The notes under the pieces are model-generated. The model did no database searches. It was not told where the DNA came from and worked only from the letters and a program-made list of their open reading frames with translations. Both the position numbers and the translations under genes were made by a program. Positions 49,140-58,940 of a stretch of 64,000 nt of DNA are shown here, piece after piece. The stretch lies in contig CAWDMG010000006.1 of assembly GCA_963803285.1 (NCBI GenBank), forward strand, positions 34,456 to 98,455, read 5' to 3'. Position 1 is the first letter of the stretch; every line of letters begins with the position of its first letter. The DNA comes from an uncultured Verrucomicrobiae bacterium (GTDB lineage Bacteria; Verrucomicrobiota; Verrucomicrobiia; Chthoniobacterales; UBA10450).

Positions 49140-51389
49140 ATGAATCATGAGCATGGGCCGCGCTACGTTCGCGTCATCGTTGATCGGGCAATTCATCGCG
49201 AGCTCGATTATTCGGTGCCGGAAAATTTAGCCGGACGCGTCGGAGTCGGCTCGCGCGTGCGGGTGCCGTTCCGGGATAAATCGGCGCTGGCGACAGTCGT
49301 TGCGATCCTCGAGCACAGTGACGCTAAAGGCGTTCGGCCAATCGAAGCCATAATCGGGGAAGCGCCTGCCTTGAGCGTCCACTTGCTTGAACTGGCGAGG
49401 TGGATCGGCACCTACTATTGCTGCCCGATCGAAACGGTGATGCGCAGTATGCTTCCGCAAGTGATCCGGCGCGCGGAAGTCAGCTGGAAAAAACAGTTGT
49501 TCGTGCAACCCGGGCGCAACATCGACCAAGGCGAAATCGAAAAACTGCGAAGACGCGCACCGCGACAGGCGGAACTTTTGGAGGCGATTTCGAAGCTGGA
49601 AAAACCGATACGCGCGGCGCAGCTCCTGCGGCAAACCTCGCTCGATAACCAGACATTGCGCGCGCTGGTAAAACGCGGTCTCGCCGAATTGCGCGAAGAA
49701 GCAGTCGTGCGTGATCCGCATGGCGACGAACAGTTCATCGCAACCTCGAACCTGGTTCTGAACGAGGAGCAAACACACGCATTGAATGAAGTTGAGCAAG
49801 CACTCGACGCACCTGAAAACGCGCGTCCGATTTTGCTCCACGGCGTCACGGGTTCCGGTAAAACGGAAATCTATTTGCAGGCCATTCGCGGGGCGCTCGA
49901 CCATGGACGCACGGCAATTGTTCTGGTCCCCGAAATCTCGCTTACGCCGCAAACGGTGGAACGTTTCAAAGGCCGGTTCGCCGAGGCGCAGGACGACGTC
50001 GCTGTTTTGCACAGTCATTTGTCCGAAGGCGAACGCCACGATGAATGGCACAAAATTCATTCCGGCCGCGCCAAGATCGTGATCGGCGCGCGCAGCGCTG
50101 TCTTCGCGCCTCTGAAGAATCTCGGCTTAATCGTTGTCGATGAAGAACACGAAACAACTTACAAACAAGAGGAAGCGCCACGGTATCACGCACGCGACGT
50201 CGCAGTCGTGCGCGCGAAGATCGAAAAATGCGTGGTCGTTCTGGGAAGCGCCACGCCATCGCTGGAGAGTTATCACAACGCCACGAGCGGAAAGTACCGA
50301 CTCGTTACACTCACGCAGCGCGTGGATCAAAAGCAGATGCCGCTCATTCGTGTTGTCGACCTGCGCCAGGAACGACGGAAGGAAAAGAAAGCCGCCATTC
50401 TGTCCGAAAAATTGTCGCAAGCCATCTCCGATCGCCTGGAGAAACGAGAACAAACGATCTTGTTTTTAAACCGACGCGGTTTTTCCACGTCGCTGCTGTG
50501 CAGCAATTGTGGCGAGGCGCGAAATTGCCCGAATTGCAGTGTTGCACTCACCTTTCACCGGCAGCCCGCAATCGCCGGACGATTGAGCTGTCATTTGTGC
50601 GGGCACACCGCCGCTGTGCCAAAAAAATGTCCGGCATGCGGACAAGACGCGTTGATTTATCACGGCTTCGGCACTGAAAAAGTGGAATCAACAGTCGCCC
50701 AAATTTTTCCCAAAGCCGTGGTATGCCGAATGGACGCGGATTCGATGACCCGCAAGGAAGCCTATCGCGAAACCTTGCGGAACTTTCGAACCGGGAAGAT
50801 CGACATCCTCGTCGGCACACAAATGATCGCGAAAGGTCTGCATTTCCCGAACGTGACGCTTGTCGGAATCATCAACGCCGATCTCGCCCTGCATTTGCCC
50901 GATTTCCGCGCCGGCGAACGCACTTTCCAACTTCTCACACAGGTGGCCGGACGCGCTGGCCGCGGCGAGACATCCGGCGAAGTTTTCGTGCAAACCTACA
51001 CTCCGTTTTCGCCCTCTATTCAATTTGCGCGGCATCACGATTTCACCGGCTATTTTCAGCAGGAACTCGAGTTCCGTGAACGCTGCTATTTCCCGCCATT
51101 CAAACACGCGATCCTGATCACCGTGCGTTCTGCTCACGAAGGCCGCGCCAAACTTTCGGCCGAAACCTTCAAGCGTCGCTTAAGCGAAGCGTTACCCGAA
51201 GAATTTATTTTGGGCGATGCCACTCCCGCGCCGCTGGAAAAATTACAGGGCCAATTTCGCTTCCACATTTTAATCCGCGGCGAAGCCATCATGCGCCTCA
51301 GTCGCCTTGTGCGTGAAACTCTCGACAAACTGCCATTCCCCGAAGACGTCAACGTGACAGTCGACGTCGATCCATATCAGTTGCTCTAA
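49140..51389 (+). CDS. priA: primosomal protein N' (replication restart helicase PriA)
   Basis: LHGVTGSGKTE, DEEH, a Cys-rich zinc region CSNCGEARNCPNCSVALTFH...CHLCGH...CPACG, and a C-terminal helicase lobe. Confidence 0.93.
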   Translation: MNHEHGPRYVRVIVDRAIHRELDYSVPENLAGRVGVGSRVRVPFRDKSALATVVAILEHSDAKGVRPIEAIIGEAPALSVHLLELARWIGTYYCCPIETVMRSMLPQVIRRAEVSWKKQLFVQPGRNIDQGEIEKLRRRAPRQAELLEAISKLEKPIRAAQLLRQTSLDNQTLRALVKRGLAELREEAVVRDPHGDEQFIATSNLVLNEEQTHALNEVEQALDAPENARPILLHGVTGSGKTEIYLQAIRGALDHGRTAIVLVPEISLTPQTVERFKGRFAEAQDDVAVLHSHLSEGERHDEWHKIHSGRAKIVIGARSAVFAPLKNLGLIVVDEEHETTYKQEEAPRYHARDVAVVRAKIEKCVVVLGSATPSLESYHNATSGKYRLVTLTQRVDQKQMPLIRVVDLRQERRKEKKAAILSEKLSQAISDRLEKREQTILFLNRRGFSTSLLCSNCGEARNCPNCSVALTFHRQPAIAGRLSCHLCGHTAAVPKKCPACGQDALIYHGFGTEKVESTVAQIFPKAVVCRMDADSMTRKEAYRETLRNFRTGKIDILVGTQMIAKGLHFPNVTLVGIINADLALHLPDFRAGERTFQLLTQVAGRAGRGETSGEVFVQTYTPFSPSIQFARHHDFTGYFQQELEFRERCYFPPFKHAILITVRSAHEGRAKLSAETFKRRLSEALPEEFILGDATPAPLEKLQGQFRFHILIRGEAIMRLSRLVRETLDKLPFPEDVNVTVDVDPYQLL

Positions 51390-51627
51390 TTCCGGCGAGG
51401 CACACGCTAATAAGTTTGAATAACCTCTAATAACCGCCGGTCTGCTTTCGACAACGAACATTTCTCGTTGCAGCGCACAGATATTATCAACAACTCATTT
51501 GCACCCAAATTTGCGAGGGCAACCGCCGGGACAAGATCCGTGTTATTCACGTCGATAAGAAGAAGAAAGTATGTAAAGGAAAATTCAAACCATCTTCTTG
51601 CGGTGTGAAAAACTTTCTCGCAAACGA

Positions 51628-52446
51628 ATGAAAACGTTTCGTGTTCTCGATCCAAATCTTCCTAGTCGCGTGGCGCACGGTCTTTGTGCATTGGCTGTAA
51701 TGACCAAAGCGCCGCAAGCCGGCCGAGTGAAAACGCGATTGGTCCCGCCACTAACGCCGGAGGAAGCAGCGGAACTAAACAAATGTTTTCTGCGCGACAC
51801 AGCAGTTGCGGTTTCAAGCGCCTGTAGCCGTCGGCCGGTGGGCCACGGAAGCAAAATGCAATTCGAACACGTGGGCGCTTCGCATAGCGAAGCGGCTGCA
51901 GCGCGTGCACGCGGAATTGCCGTTTACACACCGATCGGCGCTGAATCGGCGTACTCCGATATTCTTCCGGCCGATTTCAGCTTGTTGCCGCAACGAGGTG
52001 ATAAATTCGGTGAGCGTCTGTTTTTCGCCGTCGAGGATTTGTTCAAGTGCGGTTTTGATTCGTTGTGTCTGATCGATTCCGATAGCCCAACCGTGCCCGC
52101 GGAAAACTTCGAGCAAGCTGTTGAATTGCTAAGCACGAGCGAGGATCGCGTTGTGCTCGGTCCGAGCGACGACGGAGGGTATTACTTGATTGGAGTGAAG
52201 AAACCGCACCGGCACTTGTTCGAGCAAATCGATTGGAGCACCGAACGCGTGCTCAACCAGACGATGCAGCGCGCAACCGAGATCGGAATCGAAGTCAAAC
52301 TTTTACCGACCGGGTATGATGTTGATGACGACGCGAGCTTGCGCCGTTTGTGCAACGAATTACTAACCGGTACGACCTCGGCAGATATCGCGCCGCACAC
52401 TCGGGAATTTTTAGCGACCTTCGTAGCGCGAAAGAAATTGTTGTAG
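51628..52446 (+). CDS. DUF2064/TIGR04282-like nucleotidyltransferase-fold protein
   Basis: AVMTKAPQAGRVKTRLVPPLTPEEAA, IDSDSPTVP, GPSDDGGYYLIG. Confidence 0.72.
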   Translation: MKTFRVLDPNLPSRVAHGLCALAVMTKAPQAGRVKTRLVPPLTPEEAAELNKCFLRDTAVAVSSACSRRPVGHGSKMQFEHVGASHSEAAAARARGIAVYTPIGAESAYSDILPADFSLLPQRGDKFGERLFFAVEDLFKCGFDSLCLIDSDSPTVPAENFEQAVELLSTSEDRVVLGPSDDGGYYLIGVKKPHRHLFEQIDWSTERVLNQTMQRATEIGIEVKLLPTGYDVDDDASLRRLCNELLTGTTSADIAPHTREFLATFVARKKLL

Positions 52447-52469
52447 CGGCGCTCGCCGCGGCGAGCGCC
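52443..52469. repeat. single REP, GTAGCGGCGCTCGCCGCGGCGAGCGCC
   Basis: Same unit as 58864-58890. The GTAG head contains the stop TAG at 52444-52446. Confidence 0.8.
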
Positions 52470-52490
52470 GAATGGCAAAGTGGAATACAA

Positions 52491-53609
52491 ATGAAACGCG
52501 CACTCGTCACTGGCGCCGCGGGTCTGATCGGCTCGCACGTTGTCGATCTTCTCGTGCGCGAAGGTTGGCAGGTGCGCGCGCTTGATAATCTCGAGCCGCA
52601 AACGCACCGCCACGGAAAGCCGGCATGGATAAATCCCAAGGCTGAATTCATCCAGGGCGACATGCGGAATCGAGATGCGATTACTGCTGCGCTCGATGGG
52701 ATCGAGGTTGTTTTTCACCAGGCCGCGTACGGCGGTTACATGCCGGAGATCGCGAAATTTGTGCACGTGAATTCGCTAGGCACGGCTCAAATGTTGGAAG
52801 TGATTCGCGAGAAAAATCTCCCGATCAAAAAGATCGTCGTTGCCAGCTCGCAGGCCGTTTACAGCGAAGGCGCGGGCGAATGTCCCAAGCACGGATTGGT
52901 CTTTCCGAGCGTCCGACCGATCGATCAATTGCGTCGCGGCGATTGGCAGGTGCATTGCCCGATTTGCGGCGCGATCACAAAAAGTGTTCCCACGCCCGAG
53001 AACGCGCCGGTCGGCGGCGAAACCGTTTACGGGCTGACGAAAGTTGACCAGGAGCGGCTCGTGCTGCTTTGGGGAAAGCAGACCGGTATTCCCACTGTCG
53101 CGCTCCGTTACTCATGCACGTACGGTCCGCGCCAATCGATCTTCAATCCATACACCGGCGTTATCGCCATTTTTTGCACCCGTCTGCTGAATAATCTGCC
53201 TCCCGTGCTTTACGAAGACGGCGAGCAAACGCGCGACTTTTCCTTCGTTGAAGATATCGCGCGCGCGAATTTGCTCGCGGCACAAACGGACAAACTCGAT
53301 GGCTTACCTGTAAACATCGGCAGCGCACACGGCGCACCGATTCGCGAAATCGCGGAACAACTTGCCGACATTCTAAGAATCGACATCGCGGCTGAGATTA
53401 ACGGTGAATTTCGCCCCGGCGAAATGCGACATCTCACCAGTGATACCACGCTGGCGCGGTCCGCCGGTTACAAACCAACCGTCGATCTCGGCGAAGGCAT
53501 CTCGCGTTACATCGAATGGATCAGAAAGCAGTCGGACATTCGCGATTATTTCAGCGAAGCAAGCGACATCTTGAAGAACAAAGGCATTGTCCATCGCGTG
53601 GCCAGATGA
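52491..53609 (+). CDS. NAD-dependent epimerase/dehydratase (extended SDR) with a Cys-knuckle insertion
   Basis: VTGAAGLIGSH, YGLTK (YxxxK), and an inserted ECPKHG...(~22 aa)...CPICG segment. Confidence 0.85.
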   Translation: MKRALVTGAAGLIGSHVVDLLVREGWQVRALDNLEPQTHRHGKPAWINPKAEFIQGDMRNRDAITAALDGIEVVFHQAAYGGYMPEIAKFVHVNSLGTAQMLEVIREKNLPIKKIVVASSQAVYSEGAGECPKHGLVFPSVRPIDQLRRGDWQVHCPICGAITKSVPTPENAPVGGETVYGLTKVDQERLVLLWGKQTGIPTVALRYSCTYGPRQSIFNPYTGVIAIFCTRLLNNLPPVLYEDGEQTRDFSFVEDIARANLLAAQTDKLDGLPVNIGSAHGAPIREIAEQLADILRIDIAAEINGEFRPGEMRHLTSDTTLARSAGYKPTVDLGEGISRYIEWIRKQSDIRDYFSEASDILKNKGIVHRVAR

Positions 53610-54628
53610 AGCTTGCCAGCAGCATTCCCGATTTTGATACACCGGTCGTCGAGCATGCGCGGAAGGATTTTCCGCTACTGGACGCGGACATGACAGTTGG
53701 CGAAGCGCTGGAGCGGATCCGGCGCGAGGGCGTGGGCGAACGGGTGATTTATTTTTATGCGATCGATGAAGAAAAGCGACTCGTGGGCGTCGTGCCGACC
53801 CGGCGCCTGCTGACCGCGCCACTGGAAACCGGACTGCGCGAAGTGATGGTGCGGCGCGTCGTGGCTATTCCGGCGAAGGCAACGGTGCTCGATGCGTGCG
53901 AGTTCTTCGTGCTTTACAAATTTCTCGCTTTTCCGGTGGTGGACGAACAACGCCGTGTGGTTGGAATCATCGACGCGAACTTGTTTGCCGAGGAAATTTT
54001 GGAAGCAGGCGATACTGAGGATGGATCTCGCGGTCGCGAGACTATGCCGGTCGATCCGGAGTTTTTTGAGGCGCTTGGGTTTCGCCTCGAACAAATCCGT
54101 GGTGCATCGGCCTGGCGCGCTTTTCGATTTCGCTTCCCCTGGCTGCTCGTCACGGTGATAGGCGGAACACTCTCGGCCATTCTGGCGGGCTTTTTCGAGG
54201 CAACCCTGGCTGGCACACTGATCATTGCGTTTTTTCTGACAATGGTTCTGGGTCTAAACGAAAGCGTGAGCATGCAATCGATGAGCGTGACGATTCACGC
54301 ATTGCGCTCAGTCAATGTGACCTGGGATTGGCTTGCCGCTGCGTTCCGGCGTGAACTGACAACGGCAGTGCTTCTCGGCATTTCCTGTGGGTTTGTTGTG
54401 TGCCTCATCGCCTGGGCGTGGCGCCACGATCTGCGTGCGGCAACTGTTATCGGCGGAAGCATTGCGCTCTCGCTGGTCACAGCATGCGCACTGGGCCTCG
54501 CTGTGCCTTCGCTGCTGCACCGGTTCAATCTTGATCCCAAAATTGCCGCGGGTCCTGTCACGCTCGCGTTGGCCGACTTCATTGCGCTGGTGATTTACTT
54601 CACCAGCGCATGGCTGGTTTTGAAGTAG
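53606..54628 (+). CDS. MgtE-family divalent cation transporter-like protein (CBS pair + MgtE membrane domain, no N-domain)
   Basis: CBS-like RLVGVVPTRRLL / VVGIIDANLF and a five-TM MgtE-type C-terminal half. The start overlaps the upstream stop (ATGA). Confidence 0.78.
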   Translation: MKLASSIPDFDTPVVEHARKDFPLLDADMTVGEALERIRREGVGERVIYFYAIDEEKRLVGVVPTRRLLTAPLETGLREVMVRRVVAIPAKATVLDACEFFVLYKFLAFPVVDEQRRVVGIIDANLFAEEILEAGDTEDGSRGRETMPVDPEFFEALGFRLEQIRGASAWRAFRFRFPWLLVTVIGGTLSAILAGFFEATLAGTLIIAFFLTMVLGLNESVSMQSMSVTIHALRSVNVTWDWLAAAFRRELTTAVLLGISCGFVVCLIAWAWRHDLRAATVIGGSIALSLVTACALGLAVPSLLHRFNLDPKIAAGPVTLALADFIALVIYFTSAWLVLK

Positions 54629-54685
54629 CGTACGCCTCTGGCTTGCGGAAGTTTTGAATGTGGCAAGCGAGGACGCTCGCCCTAC
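54625..54685. repeat. REPIN-like doublet, GTAGCGTACGCCTCTGGCTTGCG family
   Basis: Same family as 14364-14423. The GTAG head contains the stop TAG at 54626-54628. Confidence 0.8.
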
Positions 54686-54732
54686 CTTGCCGCTTGCCGA
54701 CCATAACGAGAAGTGCGAAACGCTTCTCCGCA

Positions 54733-55419
54733 ATGAGCAAGGTGTCCGTTGTCATCCCGGCGCTAAACGAGGAGGAACCGATCGCCGGCGTGATTCGCGA
54801 ATGCCTTGCAACCGGCGTGCCCGCCGAAGTGATCGTCGTTGATAACGGCAGCACCGATCGGACAGCCGAACGGGCGTGTGAAGCTGGAGCGCGCATCATA
54901 ACTGCGCCGCGGGGTTACGGACGAGCATGCGCGGCAGGCGCGCGCGCGGTTTCGGCGGAATGTGACATCGTAGTATTTCTGGATGGCGATGGCAGCGACG
55001 TTCCGGTGTTCATACCGCAGATGGTGGAACCGATCATGCGCGGAACGCACGACTTCGTCATCGGCTCGCGGACCCGCGGAAAACGCGAGCTCGGCAGTAT
55101 GAATTTTCAGCAAATTGTGTCAGGGCGAGTTGCCGGATGGATTCTCCGCCTACTTTACGGCGTTCGTTATAGTGACATGTGTCCGTTTCGCGCTATCCGC
55201 CGCGACGCGCTGGAGGAACTTGGGATGCGTGAGGAAACCTACGGTTGGAATTTGGAGATGCAGATGAAAGCGGCGCGCGCGGGACTACGGATCCTCGAAA
55301 TCCCGGTCGATCATCGTCGCCGCACGGGTGGCGAATCGAAAGTTTCGGGCACGCTGCGCGGCACGTTTGTCGCCGGCGCGCGGATCATCGCGACGCTGGT
55401 GCGCGTGGCGCTTGCGTAA
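54733..55419 (+). CDS. family 2 glycosyltransferase (polyprenol-phosphate sugar synthase-like)
   Basis: VSVVIPALNEEEPI, VVDNGSTD, FLDGDGSD. Confidence 0.85.
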   Translation: MSKVSVVIPALNEEEPIAGVIRECLATGVPAEVIVVDNGSTDRTAERACEAGARIITAPRGYGRACAAGARAVSAECDIVVFLDGDGSDVPVFIPQMVEPIMRGTHDFVIGSRTRGKRELGSMNFQQIVSGRVAGWILRLLYGVRYSDMCPFRAIRRDALEELGMREETYGWNLEMQMKAARAGLRILEIPVDHRRRTGGESKVSGTLRGTFVAGARIIATLVRVALA

Positions 55420-55437
55420 TTAGATTGGAGATTCGGA

Positions 55438-56724
55438 TCATTTCACTCTTTTGGCGAAAAGGGACGCGTGAGCGGTCTCACGGGAAAACCACAACACAAA
55501 TCCCGTGATCGTCAGCGCGCCCGCAGCATACAGCGCGATGGAGAAAGGGGTTTTGAACTCACGTAACAGAGTTGCGAAAATTGCCGGCGCGATTCCGCCG
55601 CCGACGATTCCTGCCAGTGTGTAACCGATCGAAGAACCCGCAAATTGTACGCGAGTTGGGAACTGCTCGGTGATGAAGGCAGCTTGAGGACCGTACATCA
55701 TCGCATGACCAATCAATGCGACGACTATGGCAAGCGTAATCAATAGCGGTTGACGCGTGTCGAGCAGCGCAAAGAACGCAAACACCCAAATTATAGTTAC
55801 GAAAACTCCGGCGCCATAGACGGCACGACGTCCGAGCTTGTCCGACAAAGCACCGAAGAACACCTCTGTGAGCACGTTGAACACGAGGCCGATCGACAAC
55901 GAAATCAACGCTAGTGGCCTGGGTAAGCCGAGCACCGTAGCCAAGTAACTTAGCGAAAAAACCACGACCAGCGAGTACCAAACATCCGGCCCGAGTCGCG
56001 CACCAATTACGCGCAACACACCGCGCCAATGTAGTTTTAACACGTCGCTGATTGGCGCTTGTGCGTTGAGCTGCGTCCGATGCAGTTCCTGGTAGACCGG
56101 CGTCTCTGCGATACCTCGCCTGATCCACAGTCCGAAGATAACAAGTAGAACACTCGTTAGGAACGGCAATCGCCAACCCCATGCCTGGAACTCTGCCGGC
56201 GATAACACGGCGGTTATCCACGCAAGCAAACCTGTAGCCATCAAGGTGCCTAGCCCAGGTCCCACTTGCGTCCATGCACCGTTGCGACCCCGCTGAGTAT
56301 TCGACCCGTGCTCAACACAAAGCAACACCGCGCCTGCCCACTCTCCTCCGAGCGCAGCGCCCTGCACAAACCGGAGCACTACCAGGAGAATGGGAGCGAG
56401 AATTCCCGCAGATTCGTATGTCGGCAGCAGACCGATCATCGCAGTGGTTGTGCCCATGACCAGCAACGTTGTCACGAGCACAAAGCGGCGGCCGAAACGT
56501 TCGCCGAGATGGCCGAAAATCACGCCACCGATGGGACGGGCGACGTAGCCCACCGCAAACGTGGATAGCGCCAGGATAGTCCCCGACAAAGGATCGAATG
56601 CAGGAAAAAACAGCCGGTTGAAAACAAGGGCGGCGAGCGTGCTGTAGACCGCAAAATCGTAGTATTCGAGTGTTGTACCTATAAGGCTGGCTGTTGCGAG
56701 CCTAACGATCCGCGATGTGCTCAC
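55438..56724 (-). CDS. MFS transporter (metabolite:H+ symporter family-like)
   Basis: 428 aa with 12 TM segments. YYDFAVYS and GHLGERFGRR motifs are typical of the MHS subfamily. Confidence 0.85.
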   Translation of the reverse strand: MSTSRIVRLATASLIGTTLEYYDFAVYSTLAALVFNRLFFPAFDPLSGTILALSTFAVGYVARPIGGVIFGHLGERFGRRFVLVTTLLVMGTTTAMIGLLPTYESAGILAPILLVVLRFVQGAALGGEWAGAVLLCVEHGSNTQRGRNGAWTQVGPGLGTLMATGLLAWITAVLSPAEFQAWGWRLPFLTSVLLVIFGLWIRRGIAETPVYQELHRTQLNAQAPISDVLKLHWRGVLRVIGARLGPDVWYSLVVVFSLSYLATVLGLPRPLALISLSIGLVFNVLTEVFFGALSDKLGRRAVYGAGVFVTIIWVFAFFALLDTRQPLLITLAIVVALIGHAMMYGPQAAFITEQFPTRVQFAGSSIGYTLAGIVGGGIAPAIFATLLREFKTPFSIALYAAGALTITGFVLWFSRETAHASLFAKRVK

Positions 56725-56823
56725 GGGCGCCAGTATGATTGGTTCGCCAAGAGCTGCCTAGAGGTATTCGTTTGGAACCTGGATTCAATCTGGCGAATCC
56801 GATCTGTTCGTGTAGCGTCGGCC

Positions 56824-57480
56824 ATGGTTTCGATGCTCGATTTGGAGAGGTTCCGCGCGACGCCACTTACCCGTGAGCCGTTTGAATTTTTGATTGTTCC
56901 GGAATTTGTAAAGGCCGACGCGCGCTCTGCGATACATGACGATTATCCCGGAGTTGACCGGCCCGGCAGCTTTCCTCTGGGTGAGGTCAGTTACGGATCA
57001 GCATTTGCAAAGCTCGTTGAGCAAATGCGAAGCGATGAGTTTCGGAGAGCCTTCGAAGAGAAATTCAACGTGGATCTGACGAATCGGCCCGACATGGTCA
57101 CGGTGCGCGGCCGTTGCAGCGAAAAAGACGGAAAAATCCACACTGACTCGGAGACGAAAATTATCACGATCCTGATTTATATGAATGCGGGATGGGAGTC
57201 CGCTGGTGGCCGGCTTCGGTTGCTCCGTTCCGGAAACGATCTGGACGATATGATTCTGGAAGTCCCGCCAACGGAAGGGACGCTGCTGGCGTTCCGTCGT
57301 AGCAATAATTCGTGGCACGGCCACAAGCCGTTCTCAGGTCCGCGCCGCGTGATTCAGTTTAACTGGGTGACCAGCGAGGCTGTGGTGCGGCGCGAGCAAA
57401 ACCGCCATCGATTTTCGGCGTGGATGAAAAAGCTCCCCCGAATGCTTTCGGGGTTATCGGGCGAGAAGAAGGCGGCGTAG
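56824..57480 (+). CDS. 2OG-Fe(II) oxygenase superfamily protein
   Basis: KIHTDSETKIITILIYMN ... GGRLRLL ... SWHGHKPF fits the HxD...H facial triad plus the Arg/Lys of the 2OG pocket. Confidence 0.7.
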   Translation: MVSMLDLERFRATPLTREPFEFLIVPEFVKADARSAIHDDYPGVDRPGSFPLGEVSYGSAFAKLVEQMRSDEFRRAFEEKFNVDLTNRPDMVTVRGRCSEKDGKIHTDSETKIITILIYMNAGWESAGGRLRLLRSGNDLDDMILEVPPTEGTLLAFRRSNNSWHGHKPFSGPRRVIQFNWVTSEAVVRREQNRHRFSAWMKKLPRMLSGLSGEKKAA

Positions 57481-57496
57481 TTACCCTCTTGGATTT

Positions 57497-57626
57497 GTAG
57501 CCACCGGCCTGTGGCCGGTCGATTTGGTAGGGCGGGCAGTCCTCTGCCCGCCGCTGGGGTTTACAAATCGGCGCGCACGGAGTGACGCGCGCTGCCTATT
57601 GACGGCCCACAGGGCCGTGGCTACAG
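57497..57626. repeat. cluster of four REP units from three families
   Basis: GTAGCCACCGGCCTGTGGCCGGTC, GTAGGGCGGGCAGTCCTCTGCCCGCC, GGCGCGCACGGAGTGACGCGCGC, and the inverted GACGGCCCACAGGGCCGTGGCTAC. Confidence 0.8.
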
Positions 57627-57674
57627 ATGGTCGACGCTTTAGAAAAGCGTCTCTCCTTGTGATAGCTTCGCGAA

Positions 57675-58856
57675 TTGAATCGCCAGATCGAGACAACAGT
57701 CAAAAAGCCCGCGCACGCCTTGGATCTGCAAGCCGCAGAATTCTCGCGCATTTTGCTGATCAAACCGTCGGCGCTCGGCGACGTCGTGCATACAATCCCA
57801 GTGCTGGTAAAACTGCGTGCACGTTATCCGGGTGCCCGAATTGACTGGCTGATCACCCCGGAGAATGCGGAGGTTGTCCGTCATCATCCCGCGCTCTCGA
57901 ATGTGGTTCTCTTTGCGCGACGCGATTTCTTGAAACCCGGTCAGAGATGGCGCGCCACGCTCGGCTTCTTCGATCTGCTCAAACAAATCCGGCGCGCGAA
58001 ATACGATCTGGTGGTCGACATGCATGGGCAGGTGCGTTCGGCTTTGTTCGCGCTGATCAGCGGCGCGCGAGTGCGCATTGGGTTTGATCGGCCCGTCAAA
58101 TTCTCACGAACAATTTCTGCCGAGCACGATCTCAAGAACATTCCGAACCGCGGCTGGCGCGGCGCCCGCGAAGGTTCGTGGATCGCGTACACTCACCGCA
58201 TTCCCATCCCGACGCTCGATGTTCACGCGATTGATCGTTACTTGTGGGTCGGATCGTTGCTTGGTTTCGATGATGATCCGCCGGACCTGGCAATCCACCT
58301 CTCACCGGAAACAATCCACCACGTCGACCGATTGCTAGATGAACACGGCGTGCCTGCTGGCAAACCGCTTGTTGTTCTTGTGCCTGGGACGATTTGGGAA
58401 ACAAAGCACTGGACCATCGAAGGATTTGCAGGTGTCGCTCGAGAGTTTCTTCGTCAAGGATTTGCTGTTGCTCTTGCGGGAACGAAACGCGATGAGGAGC
58501 GCTGCCAGCAAATCGCCGCCGCCGCGCTTGGAACCATTAATCTTTGCGGCAAAACCACACCTGCAGATCTGGCGGCGCTAATTCAACGTGCCGAAGTGGC
58601 GGTCACGAACGACTCCGGGTCGATGCACGTCGCCGCGTCGCTCGGCAAACCGATGGTCAGCGTATTCGGTCCGACGAATCCGGTTCATATCGGGCCGTAC
58701 CAAAGGCCGGAATCGGTTGTGCGCGTGGATTTGCCATGTTCGCCCTGCAATTACCGTCGACTGAGCCAATGCCCTTTCGATCACGCCTGTATGAAGCAGG
58801 TCACGTCTGAGATGGTTGTCCAGCGGGCACGCAAAATTCTCGCAGCGGCAAAGTGA
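57675..58856 (+). CDS. family 9 glycosyltransferase (heptosyltransferase-like)
   Basis: ILLIKPSALGDVVHTIPV and NDSGSMHVAASLGKPMVSVFGPTNP. The TTG start is uncertain. Confidence 0.8.
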   Translation: MNRQIETTVKKPAHALDLQAAEFSRILLIKPSALGDVVHTIPVLVKLRARYPGARIDWLITPENAEVVRHHPALSNVVLFARRDFLKPGQRWRATLGFFDLLKQIRRAKYDLVVDMHGQVRSALFALISGARVRIGFDRPVKFSRTISAEHDLKNIPNRGWRGAREGSWIAYTHRIPIPTLDVHAIDRYLWVGSLLGFDDDPPDLAIHLSPETIHHVDRLLDEHGVPAGKPLVVLVPGTIWETKHWTIEGFAGVAREFLRQGFAVALAGTKRDEERCQQIAAAALGTINLCGKTTPADLAALIQRAEVAVTNDSGSMHVAASLGKPMVSVFGPTNPVHIGPYQRPESVVRVDLPCSPCNYRRLSQCPFDHACMKQVTSEMVVQRARKILAAAK

Positions 58857-58863
58857 AATTGTT

Positions 58864-58923
58864 GTAGCGGCGTTCGCCGCGGCGAACGCCAAAGCAACAG
58901 GCGCTTGGCACAAGCGCCTCTAC
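58864..58923. repeat. hetero-doublet of two REP families
   Basis: GTAGCGGCGTTCGCCGCGGCGAACGCC followed by the inverted GTAGAGGCGCTTGTGCCAAGCGCC. Confidence 0.8.
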
Positions 58924-58940
58924 AACTCATACTTGCCGCG

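Noticed and set aside
49227-50060. 277-aa minus-strand ORF
   Set aside because: It is antisense to priA, whose helicase motifs are unambiguous. It is a shadow ORF.
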